Assembly: GCA_963666115.2 (NCBI GenBank)
Contig: CAXXET010000007.1
Location: 1 to 64,000 of the forward strand
Length of the DNA stretch: 64,000 bases
Reading direction: 5' to 3'
From: Dehalococcoidia bacterium
GTDB taxonomy: Bacteria; Chloroflexota; Dehalococcoidia; UBA6926
The notes beneath the pieces were generated by a model, which saw only the letters and a list, made by a program, of their open reading frames with translations, ran no database searches and had not been told where the DNA came from. This document shows positions 29,124-37,747 of the stretch, in pieces (position 1 is the stretch's first letter; every line of letters begins with the position of its first letter). The position numbers and the translations under genes were made by a program.

Positions 29124-30323
29124 TCAGCGCGGCAAACCCAGCCCTCGTTGCGCGATGATGTTGCGTTGGATCTCCTTTGCGCCGCCTCCGAATGTCCTGC
29201 CCGTCGAGAGGTAGTGGTTCGCGCCGACGTAGCCCCCCATCGGCGACCACCGCGCCGGGCCGCCCGGAATCAGCGTGCCCATGTCCGTCATCAGGCGCGA
29301 GGCCGTGCGGAATATCCGCTGCGTCGCCTCTCCCGCCCACACGCGCGCCAGCGACCCCTCCGCCTGCGGCATCTCGCCCTTCGCCTGCATCCATGCCACG
29401 CGGTACGCAAGCATCCGCCCCAGCTCGATGTAGATTCGCAGATCGGCCATCTCATTTCGCACGATGGGATTGGCGGTGAACGGCTCCCCATTCATGTTGG
29501 TCGTGCGGAGATAGTCGAGAATCTTCTCCCACTCGCGGAGAAGGGCGGCGGGGATGTCCACGGACGCCCGCTCAAACGAGAGCGTCGTCATGGCCGCGTA
29601 CCAGCCGCGGTTGAGTTCACCGACAAGGTTGCGGGCAGGGATGCGGACGTCCTGTAGGAACCACTCCGACCAGCGCCGGCGTCCCAGCATGTCGTACAGG
29701 GGGCGCAGGGAGATGCCCTCGCTCTCCATGTCGATCAGGAAGTAGGAGATGCCGCGGTGCTTGGCGGCGTCCGGGTCCGTCCGCACCAGGATGTGTCCCC
29801 ACTTGGCGCGGGGATGGTGCGCGGTGGATGTCCATATCTTCTGGCCGTTGATGACGAAATCATCGCCGTCCGCGACAGCGCGCGTTTGGAGGGAGCCGAG
29901 GTCGGAGCCGGCGTTCGGCTCTGAGAATCCCTGCGCGAACTCGAACTCGCCCTGTGCCAGGCGCGGGATGAAATACTCCTTCTGCCAGTCCTGGCCATGG
30001 ATCATGAGGAGCGGGGCGACGAGGCCGCCGCCGAGCGCGGACGGCGCGCCCTGGTAGGCCATCTCCTCGCGGTAGACCAGTTGCCGCTCAATGCCGGCGT
30101 TCTGGCCGCCGAATTCCTCCGGCCAGTGCATCGTCCACCAGCCCTTTTGGACCAGCTTCTGCTCGAACTCGTGCTGGAGCGCCAGGGCGGCGTTGTCGTC
30201 CAGGTGCCACGACGTGTTCATCGTGGAGACGAGGTCGTAGCCGCGATCGTCCCACTCGCTTTGGACGAACTCGCGAACCTCCTGCCGGAAAGCCTCATCC
30301 TCAGCAGAGAACCTGAAATCCAT
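29124..30323 (-). CDS. Acyl-CoA dehydrogenase family, catalytic-type subunit
   Basis: GFSEPNAGSDLGSL, GQKIWTSTA, TTLSFER, GGGAKEIQRNIIAQRGLGLPR. Confidence 0.9.
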   Translation of the reverse strand: MDFRFSAEDEAFRQEVREFVQSEWDDRGYDLVSTMNTSWHLDDNAALALQHEFEQKLVQKGWWTMHWPEEFGGQNAGIERQLVYREEMAYQGAPSALGGGLVAPLLMIHGQDWQKEYFIPRLAQGEFEFAQGFSEPNAGSDLGSLQTRAVADGDDFVINGQKIWTSTAHHPRAKWGHILVRTDPDAAKHRGISYFLIDMESEGISLRPLYDMLGRRRWSEWFLQDVRIPARNLVGELNRGWYAAMTTLSFERASVDIPAALLREWEKILDYLRTTNMNGEPFTANPIVRNEMADLRIYIELGRMLAYRVAWMQAKGEMPQAEGSLARVWAGEATQRIFRTASRLMTDMGTLIPGGPARWSPMGGYVGANHYLSTGRTFGGGAKEIQRNIIAQRGLGLPR

Positions 30324-30406
30324 GACGTTCACCCCCTAATCCCGCCATCGCGACGCGACGGTACGCGGTAATGATACAGCGCATAGGATTCCCGTGTACG
30401 AGACCT

Positions 30407-30928
30407 CTAACCTTTTTGGGCTGGGAACGGGTCATTCACGCTTCTCTGAGCCTGCAATTCCGCGATGGAGACGCCCGTGGTCGACTTCCCATGCCACAAC
30501 GTCTTGATATACCGCAACACCTCGATGATTTCCTGCTGGCTCAGCTTGTCGCCAAAGGCGGGCATTCCGCTCTTGAAATCCGGCTGGCTCGGAATTGCTC
30601 CTCCATCCCTCACAATTCGGTAAAGCAGGCCATCGGCGTGATGCCACGTGTGGCCGTCACCATTGAGGGGCGGCGGATTCAACGTGCCATCGACGTTGCG
30701 AACCTGCCAGTCGGCGTGGCCTTGTCCGAGGTTTCCATGACACTCGGCGCAATTGGCAGCGTATGTTTCTGAGCCCGCCATAGCAAGTGAATCATCGGAT
30801 GGCGCCGGCTCGCTCGACGACTCACTCGGTGTAAAGTTGCTGGAGCAAGCAATGCCGCTAGCGCCAAGAAGAATCGACACCGCAACGACAACAGTGAGAA
30901 GCGCCGCAGTATTCTTGGCTCTCCTCAT
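30407..30928 (-). CDS. Monoheme c-type cytochrome (lipoprotein-like)
   Basis: Signal peptide ending GIAC, CAECH heme-binding motif, HTWHH, GMPAF distal Met. Confidence 0.88.
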   Translation of the reverse strand: MRRAKNTAALLTVVVAVSILLGASGIACSSNFTPSESSSEPAPSDDSLAMAGSETYAANCAECHGNLGQGHADWQVRNVDGTLNPPPLNGDGHTWHHADGLLYRIVRDGGAIPSQPDFKSGMPAFGDKLSQQEIIEVLRYIKTLWHGKSTTGVSIAELQAQRSVNDPFPAQKG

Positions 30929-30943
30929 CGCTTTGTTCAGTCG

Positions 30944-32635
30944 CTAGCCGTCGATCAAACCGTCCTGCGGCACGGTCCATGGGGGCTGCGCCGCGCCGCG
31001 AAACATCTTGGCCCGCGGCAGTGACGCGGCAGGCGGCAACGGCACGTCGATGACCACCGGCGCCTGCCGCTCCAACGCCTCCGGCAGCAGCGATTCGAGT
31101 TCGGACGGATCATTCGTCCTCATGCCGACTGCGCCGAACGACTCGGCGAACCGGACGATGTCCGGATTCTGCAGGTCAGTTCCGTAACTCCCGTCGAAAG
31201 CCTCGTCCAGGTCTCGCGCAACGTTTCCGTAGGAATCATCGCGGAAGACGATGGTCACGACGTTGATGCCGTACTGAACCGCCGTGGCCAACTCCGTCGA
31301 GTTGAACATGAACCCGCCGTCTCCGGTCACGCAGAGAACGGGCTCATCCGGGAGCGCGGTCTTCACGCCAAGCGCGGCGGGAAACGCAAACCCCAGGTTG
31401 AACGAATAGCCTGAATCGATGTACGTCTTGGGATGATTCACGCGGTAATGGGAGCGCGCATAGTAGCCAAACTGCGTCACGTCCCACGTGATGCGCGTGT
31501 TCTCAGGCAGGGTGTTCCACATCATTTCAAGAACGCCGTACTGGGGCTCTTTTTCGCGGATATCGTAGTAGGTGATGAGCCTGCGCGTGGCGATGACGGC
31601 CTCTTCAGGGGACGGGCGATCCCCCGCGCCCGCCTCCTCCAGGAGCGGCAGCAGCGCCTCGATTGTCGCTCCGGCGTCGCCGTGCAGCGGAATCGTATTG
31701 GATTGCACGCGGGTCAACTCGCTGTCGTCGATATTGATGTTGACCAGAGTCGATGACTCGCCTGCGGGGTTCCCGATGGAGAATCGCGCACCGATGCCGA
31801 TGACAACGTCGGCGGCGGCCATCACCTCATACACCTGGTTCATCTCGTCCAGTTCGGCGCGCGGGCCAAAGCAGGAGCCATAGCAGAGCGGATGATTATC
31901 CGGAATGACCCCCTTGCCGCCGCTGGACATGACAACGGGGATATTCGTTGCTTCCGCGAGGCGAACCAGCAGTTCCTCCGCATTGGATTGGGCCACGCCG
32001 CTGCCCGCGTAAATGATCGGCAAGCGCGATTCCGTGATCGCGTGAACCGCCTGGCGAAGGTTGTCGGGAGCGGGCGCAATGCGCGAGACGGGCGCGGGAT
32101 CGCGCAGTTGTATCTCTTCCCGCTCAACACCGGCTTCCGGCGGCAGCTCCACCAGCACGGGACGGGGACGGCCGGCGCGCATCTGGCGAAAGGCCTCCGT
32201 CATGGCGTTCGGTATGTCGCGGGGGCGCAGAACCTGCCTGCGCCACTTCGTGACGGGGCGCACGGTTTCCATCTGATCGACAACCTCGTGCACGGCCCCG
32301 AGGTCTTTGCCAATCAGCGCGCGCGGTATCTGCCCCACGATGGCCAAGACCGGCGATGATCGCGCGTACGCTGTCGCCAGCCCGGAGGCGCCGTTGTAGA
32401 GGCCCGCGCCCGGGACAAGCAGCGCGACACCGGGCTTGCCGGACACGCGGGCATACCCGTCCGCCATGTGCACGGCGCCCTGCTCATGCCGCGTTGTAAC
32501 CAGCCGGATGGAGGGTTCATCCCGCATAGCCGCGACGATGCCGGACATGTGGATGCCGGGGATGCCGAAGACAACCTCGACGCCCTCCCGAACAAGTGAG
32601 GCAACAAGCGCTTCGCCGCCGGTCATCGTTGCCAT
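30944..32635 (-). CDS. Thiamine pyrophosphate-dependent enzyme (acetolactate synthase-like)
   Basis: VFGIPG, RHEQGA..MADGYAR, GDGGFMFN ThDP-binding motif. Confidence 0.9.
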   Translation of the reverse strand: MATMTGGEALVASLVREGVEVVFGIPGIHMSGIVAAMRDEPSIRLVTTRHEQGAVHMADGYARVSGKPGVALLVPGAGLYNGASGLATAYARSSPVLAIVGQIPRALIGKDLGAVHEVVDQMETVRPVTKWRRQVLRPRDIPNAMTEAFRQMRAGRPRPVLVELPPEAGVEREEIQLRDPAPVSRIAPAPDNLRQAVHAITESRLPIIYAGSGVAQSNAEELLVRLAEATNIPVVMSSGGKGVIPDNHPLCYGSCFGPRAELDEMNQVYEVMAAADVVIGIGARFSIGNPAGESSTLVNINIDDSELTRVQSNTIPLHGDAGATIEALLPLLEEAGAGDRPSPEEAVIATRRLITYYDIREKEPQYGVLEMMWNTLPENTRITWDVTQFGYYARSHYRVNHPKTYIDSGYSFNLGFAFPAALGVKTALPDEPVLCVTGDGGFMFNSTELATAVQYGINVVTIVFRDDSYGNVARDLDEAFDGSYGTDLQNPDIVRFAESFGAVGMRTNDPSELESLLPEALERQAPVVIDVPLPPAASLPRAKMFRGAAQPPWTVPQDGLIDG

Positions 32636-32643
32636 GGACGACC

Positions 32644-33849
32644 CTAACGCGGCAGGCCGAGACCCCGCTGGGCAATCAAGCCCGGCGCGAGCAGGATGCC
32701 GCCGCCGCCCGCGTAACCCGTCACCATGGAGAGGGCGTAGTTCGTGCCGTACATGCCATTGTCAGGAGACCGCCCCTCGCCCTGCAGCAGCGCGCGGTAC
32801 GGGCCCATGATCTGCGCCAGCGCCGGCCAGAAATTAAACTTCGCCATCATCGAGGAGTACAGGTTGGCAATCAGGCTTTCCGATTGCGGCACTTCGCCCT
32901 TGGATTGGAGCCAGATCAGGCGCAGGGACAGCATCCGCCCCGTCTCGACACGAATGCGGAGATCGGCAAGCTGATGACGGACGAGAGGGTCGTTCAGCAC
33001 CGGCTCGCCGTTGAACTTGAGGTTCTTCGCCATGTCGAGGAACTTCTCCAGCACGGCGACGTTCCTCGCGCCCGTGCCGCCCGCACGCTCGAAGTTGAGC
33101 GTCGTCATGGCCGCGTACCAGCCCCGGTTGACCTCGCCAATGACCTGCCGCTTGGGAACGCGAACTTCGTCCATGAAGACCTCATTCCAGCGGCGGCGGC
33201 CAAACATGTCATAGAGCGGCCGGAGCGTGATGCCGGGCATCTGGCCCCCGTCATCGTCCTTGAGTTGCATGATCAGGTACGTGATGCCGCGGTGCTTGGG
33301 CGCGGAGGGGTCCGTGCGGGTCAGCACGTGATACCAGTTGGCGTAATGAGAGCCGGACGACCATATCTTCTGGCCTGTCACAACGAAATCGTCGCCGTCC
33401 TCGACCGCCCGCGTTGTCAGGCTTGCGAGGTCCGTGCCGGCGTTCGGCTCGGAAAATCCCTGCGCCCAGTCGATGTCGTTGGTCGCCATCTTGGGGAGGA
33501 ACTCGTTCTTGATGGACTCTTCAGCGTGGTACATCATCGCGCCGGTGATGTTGGCGCTGGGGCTGCCCTGTGGCGCGCCCGCGTACGCAAGCTCATCGGC
33601 GTAAATAACCTGCCGGGACAGCGGAATGCCCTGCCCGCCGTACTCCTTCGGCCACGCCATCGTCCAGTAGCCCTTGTCGACGAGCTTCTTCTGGAAGGCC
33701 TTGGCGTCCTCGCGGTACTCCGCGCTGTCAAAGTCGTAACCGAAGACGTTGAGGTCCGTGTTGTAATCCTTGGGGTCCCATTCCCGCCGAACGAACTCCC
33801 GGATTTCCTGCCGAAACGCCTCATCCTCAGGTGCAAATGTGAAATCCAT
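32644..33849 (-). CDS. Acyl-CoA dehydrogenase family, catalytic-type subunit (Gly-rich C-terminal variant)
   Basis: GFSEPNAGTDLASL, TTLNFER, GYAGGGGILLAPGLIAQRGLGLPR. Confidence 0.9.
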   Translation of the reverse strand: MDFTFAPEDEAFRQEIREFVRREWDPKDYNTDLNVFGYDFDSAEYREDAKAFQKKLVDKGYWTMAWPKEYGGQGIPLSRQVIYADELAYAGAPQGSPSANITGAMMYHAEESIKNEFLPKMATNDIDWAQGFSEPNAGTDLASLTTRAVEDGDDFVVTGQKIWSSGSHYANWYHVLTRTDPSAPKHRGITYLIMQLKDDDGGQMPGITLRPLYDMFGRRRWNEVFMDEVRVPKRQVIGEVNRGWYAAMTTLNFERAGGTGARNVAVLEKFLDMAKNLKFNGEPVLNDPLVRHQLADLRIRVETGRMLSLRLIWLQSKGEVPQSESLIANLYSSMMAKFNFWPALAQIMGPYRALLQGEGRSPDNGMYGTNYALSMVTGYAGGGGILLAPGLIAQRGLGLPR

Positions 33850-33912
33850 TACTGCCTGCCTCTCCTTAAATCAGTCAACGTCAGCATACCACGCAAGGCG
33901 GATTCTAGAGGA

Positions 33913-35100
33913 TTATCGCGGTAGTCCCAGTGCCCGCTGGGCGATGATGTTCTTTTGAACTTCCCGCGTGCCGCCGCCGATGCTGAGGCCCGTCGCGAGG
34001 ATGGAGTTCACGCCCATGAAGCGGCCCGCCGGCGCCCACTTGTCCTCCGGGCGCAGTTGACCGTAGTCGTCCAGGATGGACGCGATGCCGCGGTAGATGC
34101 CCTGGTGGAGCGCGTCGCCCCACAGCTTGGTTTGCGAGGACTCCTTGACGGGAATCTCGCCCCGCGTCTGCATCCACGCCACCCGGTAGGAAATCATGCG
34201 CGCCACTTCGATCTGGAGGCGCATATCCGCGAGGATGTGCCGCACCCGAACGTCATTGAGCAACGGCTCGCCGTTTACCTTTGCCTCTCTGGCGTATTCG
34301 ATGAACTCCTCAAGGGTGCGCAGCATCCGCGCAGGCCCGCCGATGTTCGACCGCTCAAAGGACAGGTGCGTCATGGTGGCGTACCAGCCCCGGTTGACTT
34401 CTCCCACCATGTTGCGCTTAGGCACGCGAACCTCATCCATGAAGACCTCGCTCCAGCGGCGGCGTCCGAGCATGTCATACAGTGGACGGAGAATGATGCC
34501 GGGCGACTTCATATCGATGATGAGATAGGTGAGGCCACGATGCTTGGCGGCCTTAGGATCAGTGCGGACAAGCGCCTGCCCGTAGTCCGCCATCTCAGCC
34601 ATCGACGTCCATATCTTCTGGCCGGTCACGACGAAATCATCGCCGTCCTCGACCGCGCGCGTCTGGACGCTGGCCAAATCGGAGCCCGCGCCGGGCTCGG
34701 AGAGGAGTCGGCAGAACTCGATCTCCGCCGTTGCATAGTGGGGCAGCAACTCATCACGGTGCCATTCATTGCCGTGGAACATGAGGACGGGGCCGACGAG
34801 GTCGCTCGCGCCGGAGGCCGGCGCGCCCCAGTAGGCCATTTCCTCCCTGTAGATGAGCTGGCGCGAGATGGGCGCGCCCTGCCCGCCGAACTGCTCGGGC
34901 CAGTGCAGCGTCCACCAACCCTTGTCGGCCAGCTTTAGCTGCCATTCCTTGACCAGGTCTATCGCCTCATGCGTGTGGAGGTCATAGGACGCGATGGACG
35001 CGCCAACGGAGTCGTAGCCCTTGGCGTCCCACTCTGTGGTGACGAAGTCACGGACTTCCTGGCGAAACGCCTCATCTTCCGGTGAGAATCGAAAATCCAT
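33913..35100 (-). CDS. Acyl-CoA dehydrogenase family, catalytic-type subunit
   Basis: LLSEPGAGSDLAS, HLSFER, GGGTREVQKNIIAQRALGLPR; start set at MDFRF (35100). Confidence 0.9.
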   Translation of the reverse strand: MDFRFSPEDEAFRQEVRDFVTTEWDAKGYDSVGASIASYDLHTHEAIDLVKEWQLKLADKGWWTLHWPEQFGGQGAPISRQLIYREEMAYWGAPASGASDLVGPVLMFHGNEWHRDELLPHYATAEIEFCRLLSEPGAGSDLASVQTRAVEDGDDFVVTGQKIWTSMAEMADYGQALVRTDPKAAKHRGLTYLIIDMKSPGIILRPLYDMLGRRRWSEVFMDEVRVPKRNMVGEVNRGWYATMTHLSFERSNIGGPARMLRTLEEFIEYAREAKVNGEPLLNDVRVRHILADMRLQIEVARMISYRVAWMQTRGEIPVKESSQTKLWGDALHQGIYRGIASILDDYGQLRPEDKWAPAGRFMGVNSILATGLSIGGGTREVQKNIIAQRALGLPR

Positions 35101-35113
35101 GGCCCTGACCTCC

Positions 35114-35350
35114 TCAAAGTGAGACGGAGAGACAGGTGACGGTGCGCAGAATACCCCCAATCGTGTGGATACGGCTCGCAACGAGGCTGCCGACTGTATT
35201 CAGGTCTTCTGCTTCGATCGTCGCGATGACATCGTACGGGCCCGTGACCGCATCAACGGATGTCATCTCTGGAACCTTCTTGAGTTCATTGACGACATCC
35301 TGCGTCTTGCCGACGGAAGTCTCTACCAGTATGAAAGCGCGAGTGGCCAC
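35114..35350 (-). CDS. Stand-alone Lrp/AsnC ligand-binding (RAM) domain protein
   Basis: 78 aa: RAFILV...VTGPYDVIA.IEA...I..I.GI.RT.T. Confidence 0.85.
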   Translation of the reverse strand: MATRAFILVETSVGKTQDVVNELKKVPEMTSVDAVTGPYDVIATIEAEDLNTVGSLVASRIHTIGGILRTVTCLSVSL

Positions 35351-35438
35351 GTTAACCCCCCAGAATTCCCTACCTGCCAAAGCCGTCAAAGGCGGCTTAT
35401 TCTAGGCGCGGACGGGCGAAAGTGTCAATCGCGGCTGC

Positions 35439-36398
35439 CTACGACGATGCCCCGTCGAAGCGGCCCTTGAAATACTCCGCCACCGCCTGCAGGAACGCCT
35501 CGGGATGGGCCTCAAAGGCCCGGCTGTGGCCATCCCCGGGGAAGCGGATCAATTCGGATTGGGCATGAGTGGCGGCATCCGCGATACGCTCCGAATGTTC
35601 AATCGGTATCCGGTCGTCGTCCTCGCTGTGAGTGAACAGTATCGGGAAATCGAGTTGATCCACGAATTCCTCTGGCTTGAGGTCCGAGAGGCGTATGCCG
35701 TAGCGTACTCTCGCGACGACCTCCATGCCCGGGCGGAGCGCGCCGACGCTCCACGCCGGCAGCGGTGTCCGGTCGGCGACCTCCGCCGCGAACAGGTCAT
35801 TGATGTTCGCAAAGGCGCTGTCGATGACCAGGGCCTGTAGCCGCGGCTCCTCAGTCGCGGCGAGCAACGCCGCGACGCCTCCCAACGACCACCCCAGCAC
35901 GCCGATGCGCTCAGGCGGCACGCCGAAACGACTAGTGGCGGTGTCCATCGCGCCAAGCACGTCGTAGCGTTCGTAGTAGCCGGCTGACGTGATCTCCCCG
36001 CCCGACTGCCCATGCGCGCGCAGATCGAAGAGGAGCAGTGAGAAACCTTCATCACGCAGGTCGCGCACAAAAGGCATGTAAGCCTCCGGTTCGCGGGCGC
36101 GGTTTGAATCAAGTCCGTGAACCACGATGATCGCGGAGGGTTCGCCGGCTTCATCACGCGCGGCGGGAATCCACCACCCCCGCAATGTGATCGGCTCGTC
36201 ATCCGCCCGTTCTTCAATCATGCGCGGCATGAAGCCTACATCCACGAAGTTCATGCCGTAGTCGCCGGGGTTGGCCTCTACAGACTCGCGTTCTGCCACC
36301 ACCGCGGCGGACACCATCATCCACCCGATGATCAGGTAGACGGCAACCAACAGCCCCAGCGCCGCAACTGCAGCCCGGCGCGCCAGAATCAGGTTCAT
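35439..36398 (-). CDS. Alpha/beta hydrolase with an N-terminal membrane anchor
   Basis: VVHG, FDLRAHGQS, GWSLGG nucleophile elbow, DDRIP, GHS. Confidence 0.88.
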   Translation of the reverse strand: MNLILARRAAVAALGLLVAVYLIIGWMMVSAAVVAERESVEANPGDYGMNFVDVGFMPRMIEERADDEPITLRGWWIPAARDEAGEPSAIIVVHGLDSNRAREPEAYMPFVRDLRDEGFSLLLFDLRAHGQSGGEITSAGYYERYDVLGAMDTATSRFGVPPERIGVLGWSLGGVAALLAATEEPRLQALVIDSAFANINDLFAAEVADRTPLPAWSVGALRPGMEVVARVRYGIRLSDLKPEEFVDQLDFPILFTHSEDDDRIPIEHSERIADAATHAQSELIRFPGDGHSRAFEAHPEAFLQAVAEYFKGRFDGASS

Positions 36399-37708
36399 CC
36401 GGCAGCAGGCCCAACGTCGCCGGAAAGGCCGTCCTCACCCAGCAGCTCAACGCGCGTTTCGTCGCCCGCCTCAAGCCGTGTCACGTCCTCCGGGCAGATC
36501 GCCAGGCCGTTGGCCCGCGCCATCGCCGTCAGGATATTGGACCCCTGCGGGCCGGACAGGCGCGCGTGCATCCGCCCGTCGTCACCGCGATACACGTGGG
36601 CGCGGGCGTATACGCGGCGGCCATCCTCATTCTCAATTGGGTCATCGAGCACGGCCATGAGCGACGGGGAGTCCCAGGAGGCATGCCCCATCATCTTGTT
36701 CAACGCCGGACGCGCCAACATGTGAAACACGACCATTGCGCTTACGGGGTTGCCGGGCAGGCCGAGATGCGGCACGTCACGCCCCCACGGTTCCTCCGCC
36801 CCGCCGCGCAGGATGCCAAACACGACGGGTTTTCCCGGGCGCATCCGCACGGCCCACACGCGCAGGTCGCCAAGCGACTGCAATACCTCTTTGACAAGGT
36901 CGTAGTAACCCACGGAGACGCCTGCGGATGTGATGAGGAAATCGGCGTCCCGCGCTCGTGCCACGTGGTCGCGAACCGACTCCTCCGTATCGCGCGCAAT
37001 GCCCAGCGGGCGGGCGATGCCGCCCATCTGCTGGACGAGGCCCTGCACCGTATATGTGTTGATGTCATAGATGTGTCCTACACTTAGTTCTTCACCGGGC
37101 GAGGCAATCTCATTGCCGGACGCCAGTATCGCCACAACGGGGCGTGGATGAACGGGAACGCTTGCCATGCCGACGGACGCAAGCACGCCAAGCCGCGCGG
37201 GAGTCAATTGCGTGCCCTTTGTCAGCACCGTGTCGCCTGCCTGCACGTCCTCACCTGCGGCGCGTATTGACATGCCCAATCGTGGAGAGGCGTATATCCC
37301 GATGGCGTCAAGCGGCAGCCCCTTTTCCCTGCGGCTTTCCTCGTCCGTGTCCTCGAAGCGGACGATGGTGTCCGCGCCGGGCGGGATTGGGGCGCCCGTC
37401 ATGATGCGCACGGCGGCGCCCGGCGTGACGGCGGGTTCGGGCGGCGATCCCGCCGCGATCTCGCCAATGACGGGCAGCGCCATGGGTGAGTCCTGGCGCG
37501 CGCCCGCCACGTCCTCTGAACGGACAGCGTAGCCGTCCATCGCGGAGTTCGGCAGCGGCGGTATGGAGACGGCGGAGCGAACGTCCTCAGACAGGACAAG
37601 CCCGTTGGCGTCGGCAAGGGGAACGCGCGCAGGCGTCAATGGCCGGACGTCGGCCAGAACGCGCTCAAGCGCCTCTTCAACAAGGATCATCCCGGTCTGT
37701 GTCGTCAT
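36395..37708 (-). CDS. moeA: Molybdopterin molybdenumtransferase MoeA
   Basis: SAMDGYA, IMTGAPIP.GAD, SAGVSVG, MRPGKP, LPGNPVS. Confidence 0.95.
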   Translation of the reverse strand: MTTQTGMILVEEALERVLADVRPLTPARVPLADANGLVLSEDVRSAVSIPPLPNSAMDGYAVRSEDVAGARQDSPMALPVIGEIAAGSPPEPAVTPGAAVRIMTGAPIPPGADTIVRFEDTDEESRREKGLPLDAIGIYASPRLGMSIRAAGEDVQAGDTVLTKGTQLTPARLGVLASVGMASVPVHPRPVVAILASGNEIASPGEELSVGHIYDINTYTVQGLVQQMGGIARPLGIARDTEESVRDHVARARDADFLITSAGVSVGYYDLVKEVLQSLGDLRVWAVRMRPGKPVVFGILRGGAEEPWGRDVPHLGLPGNPVSAMVVFHMLARPALNKMMGHASWDSPSLMAVLDDPIENEDGRRVYARAHVYRGDDGRMHARLSGPQGSNILTAMARANGLAICPEDVTRLEAGDETRVELLGEDGLSGDVGPAAG

Positions 37709-37747
37709 GCCGTCTACTCGCGCCTCTCATCGCATGGGCGCTTGCCA

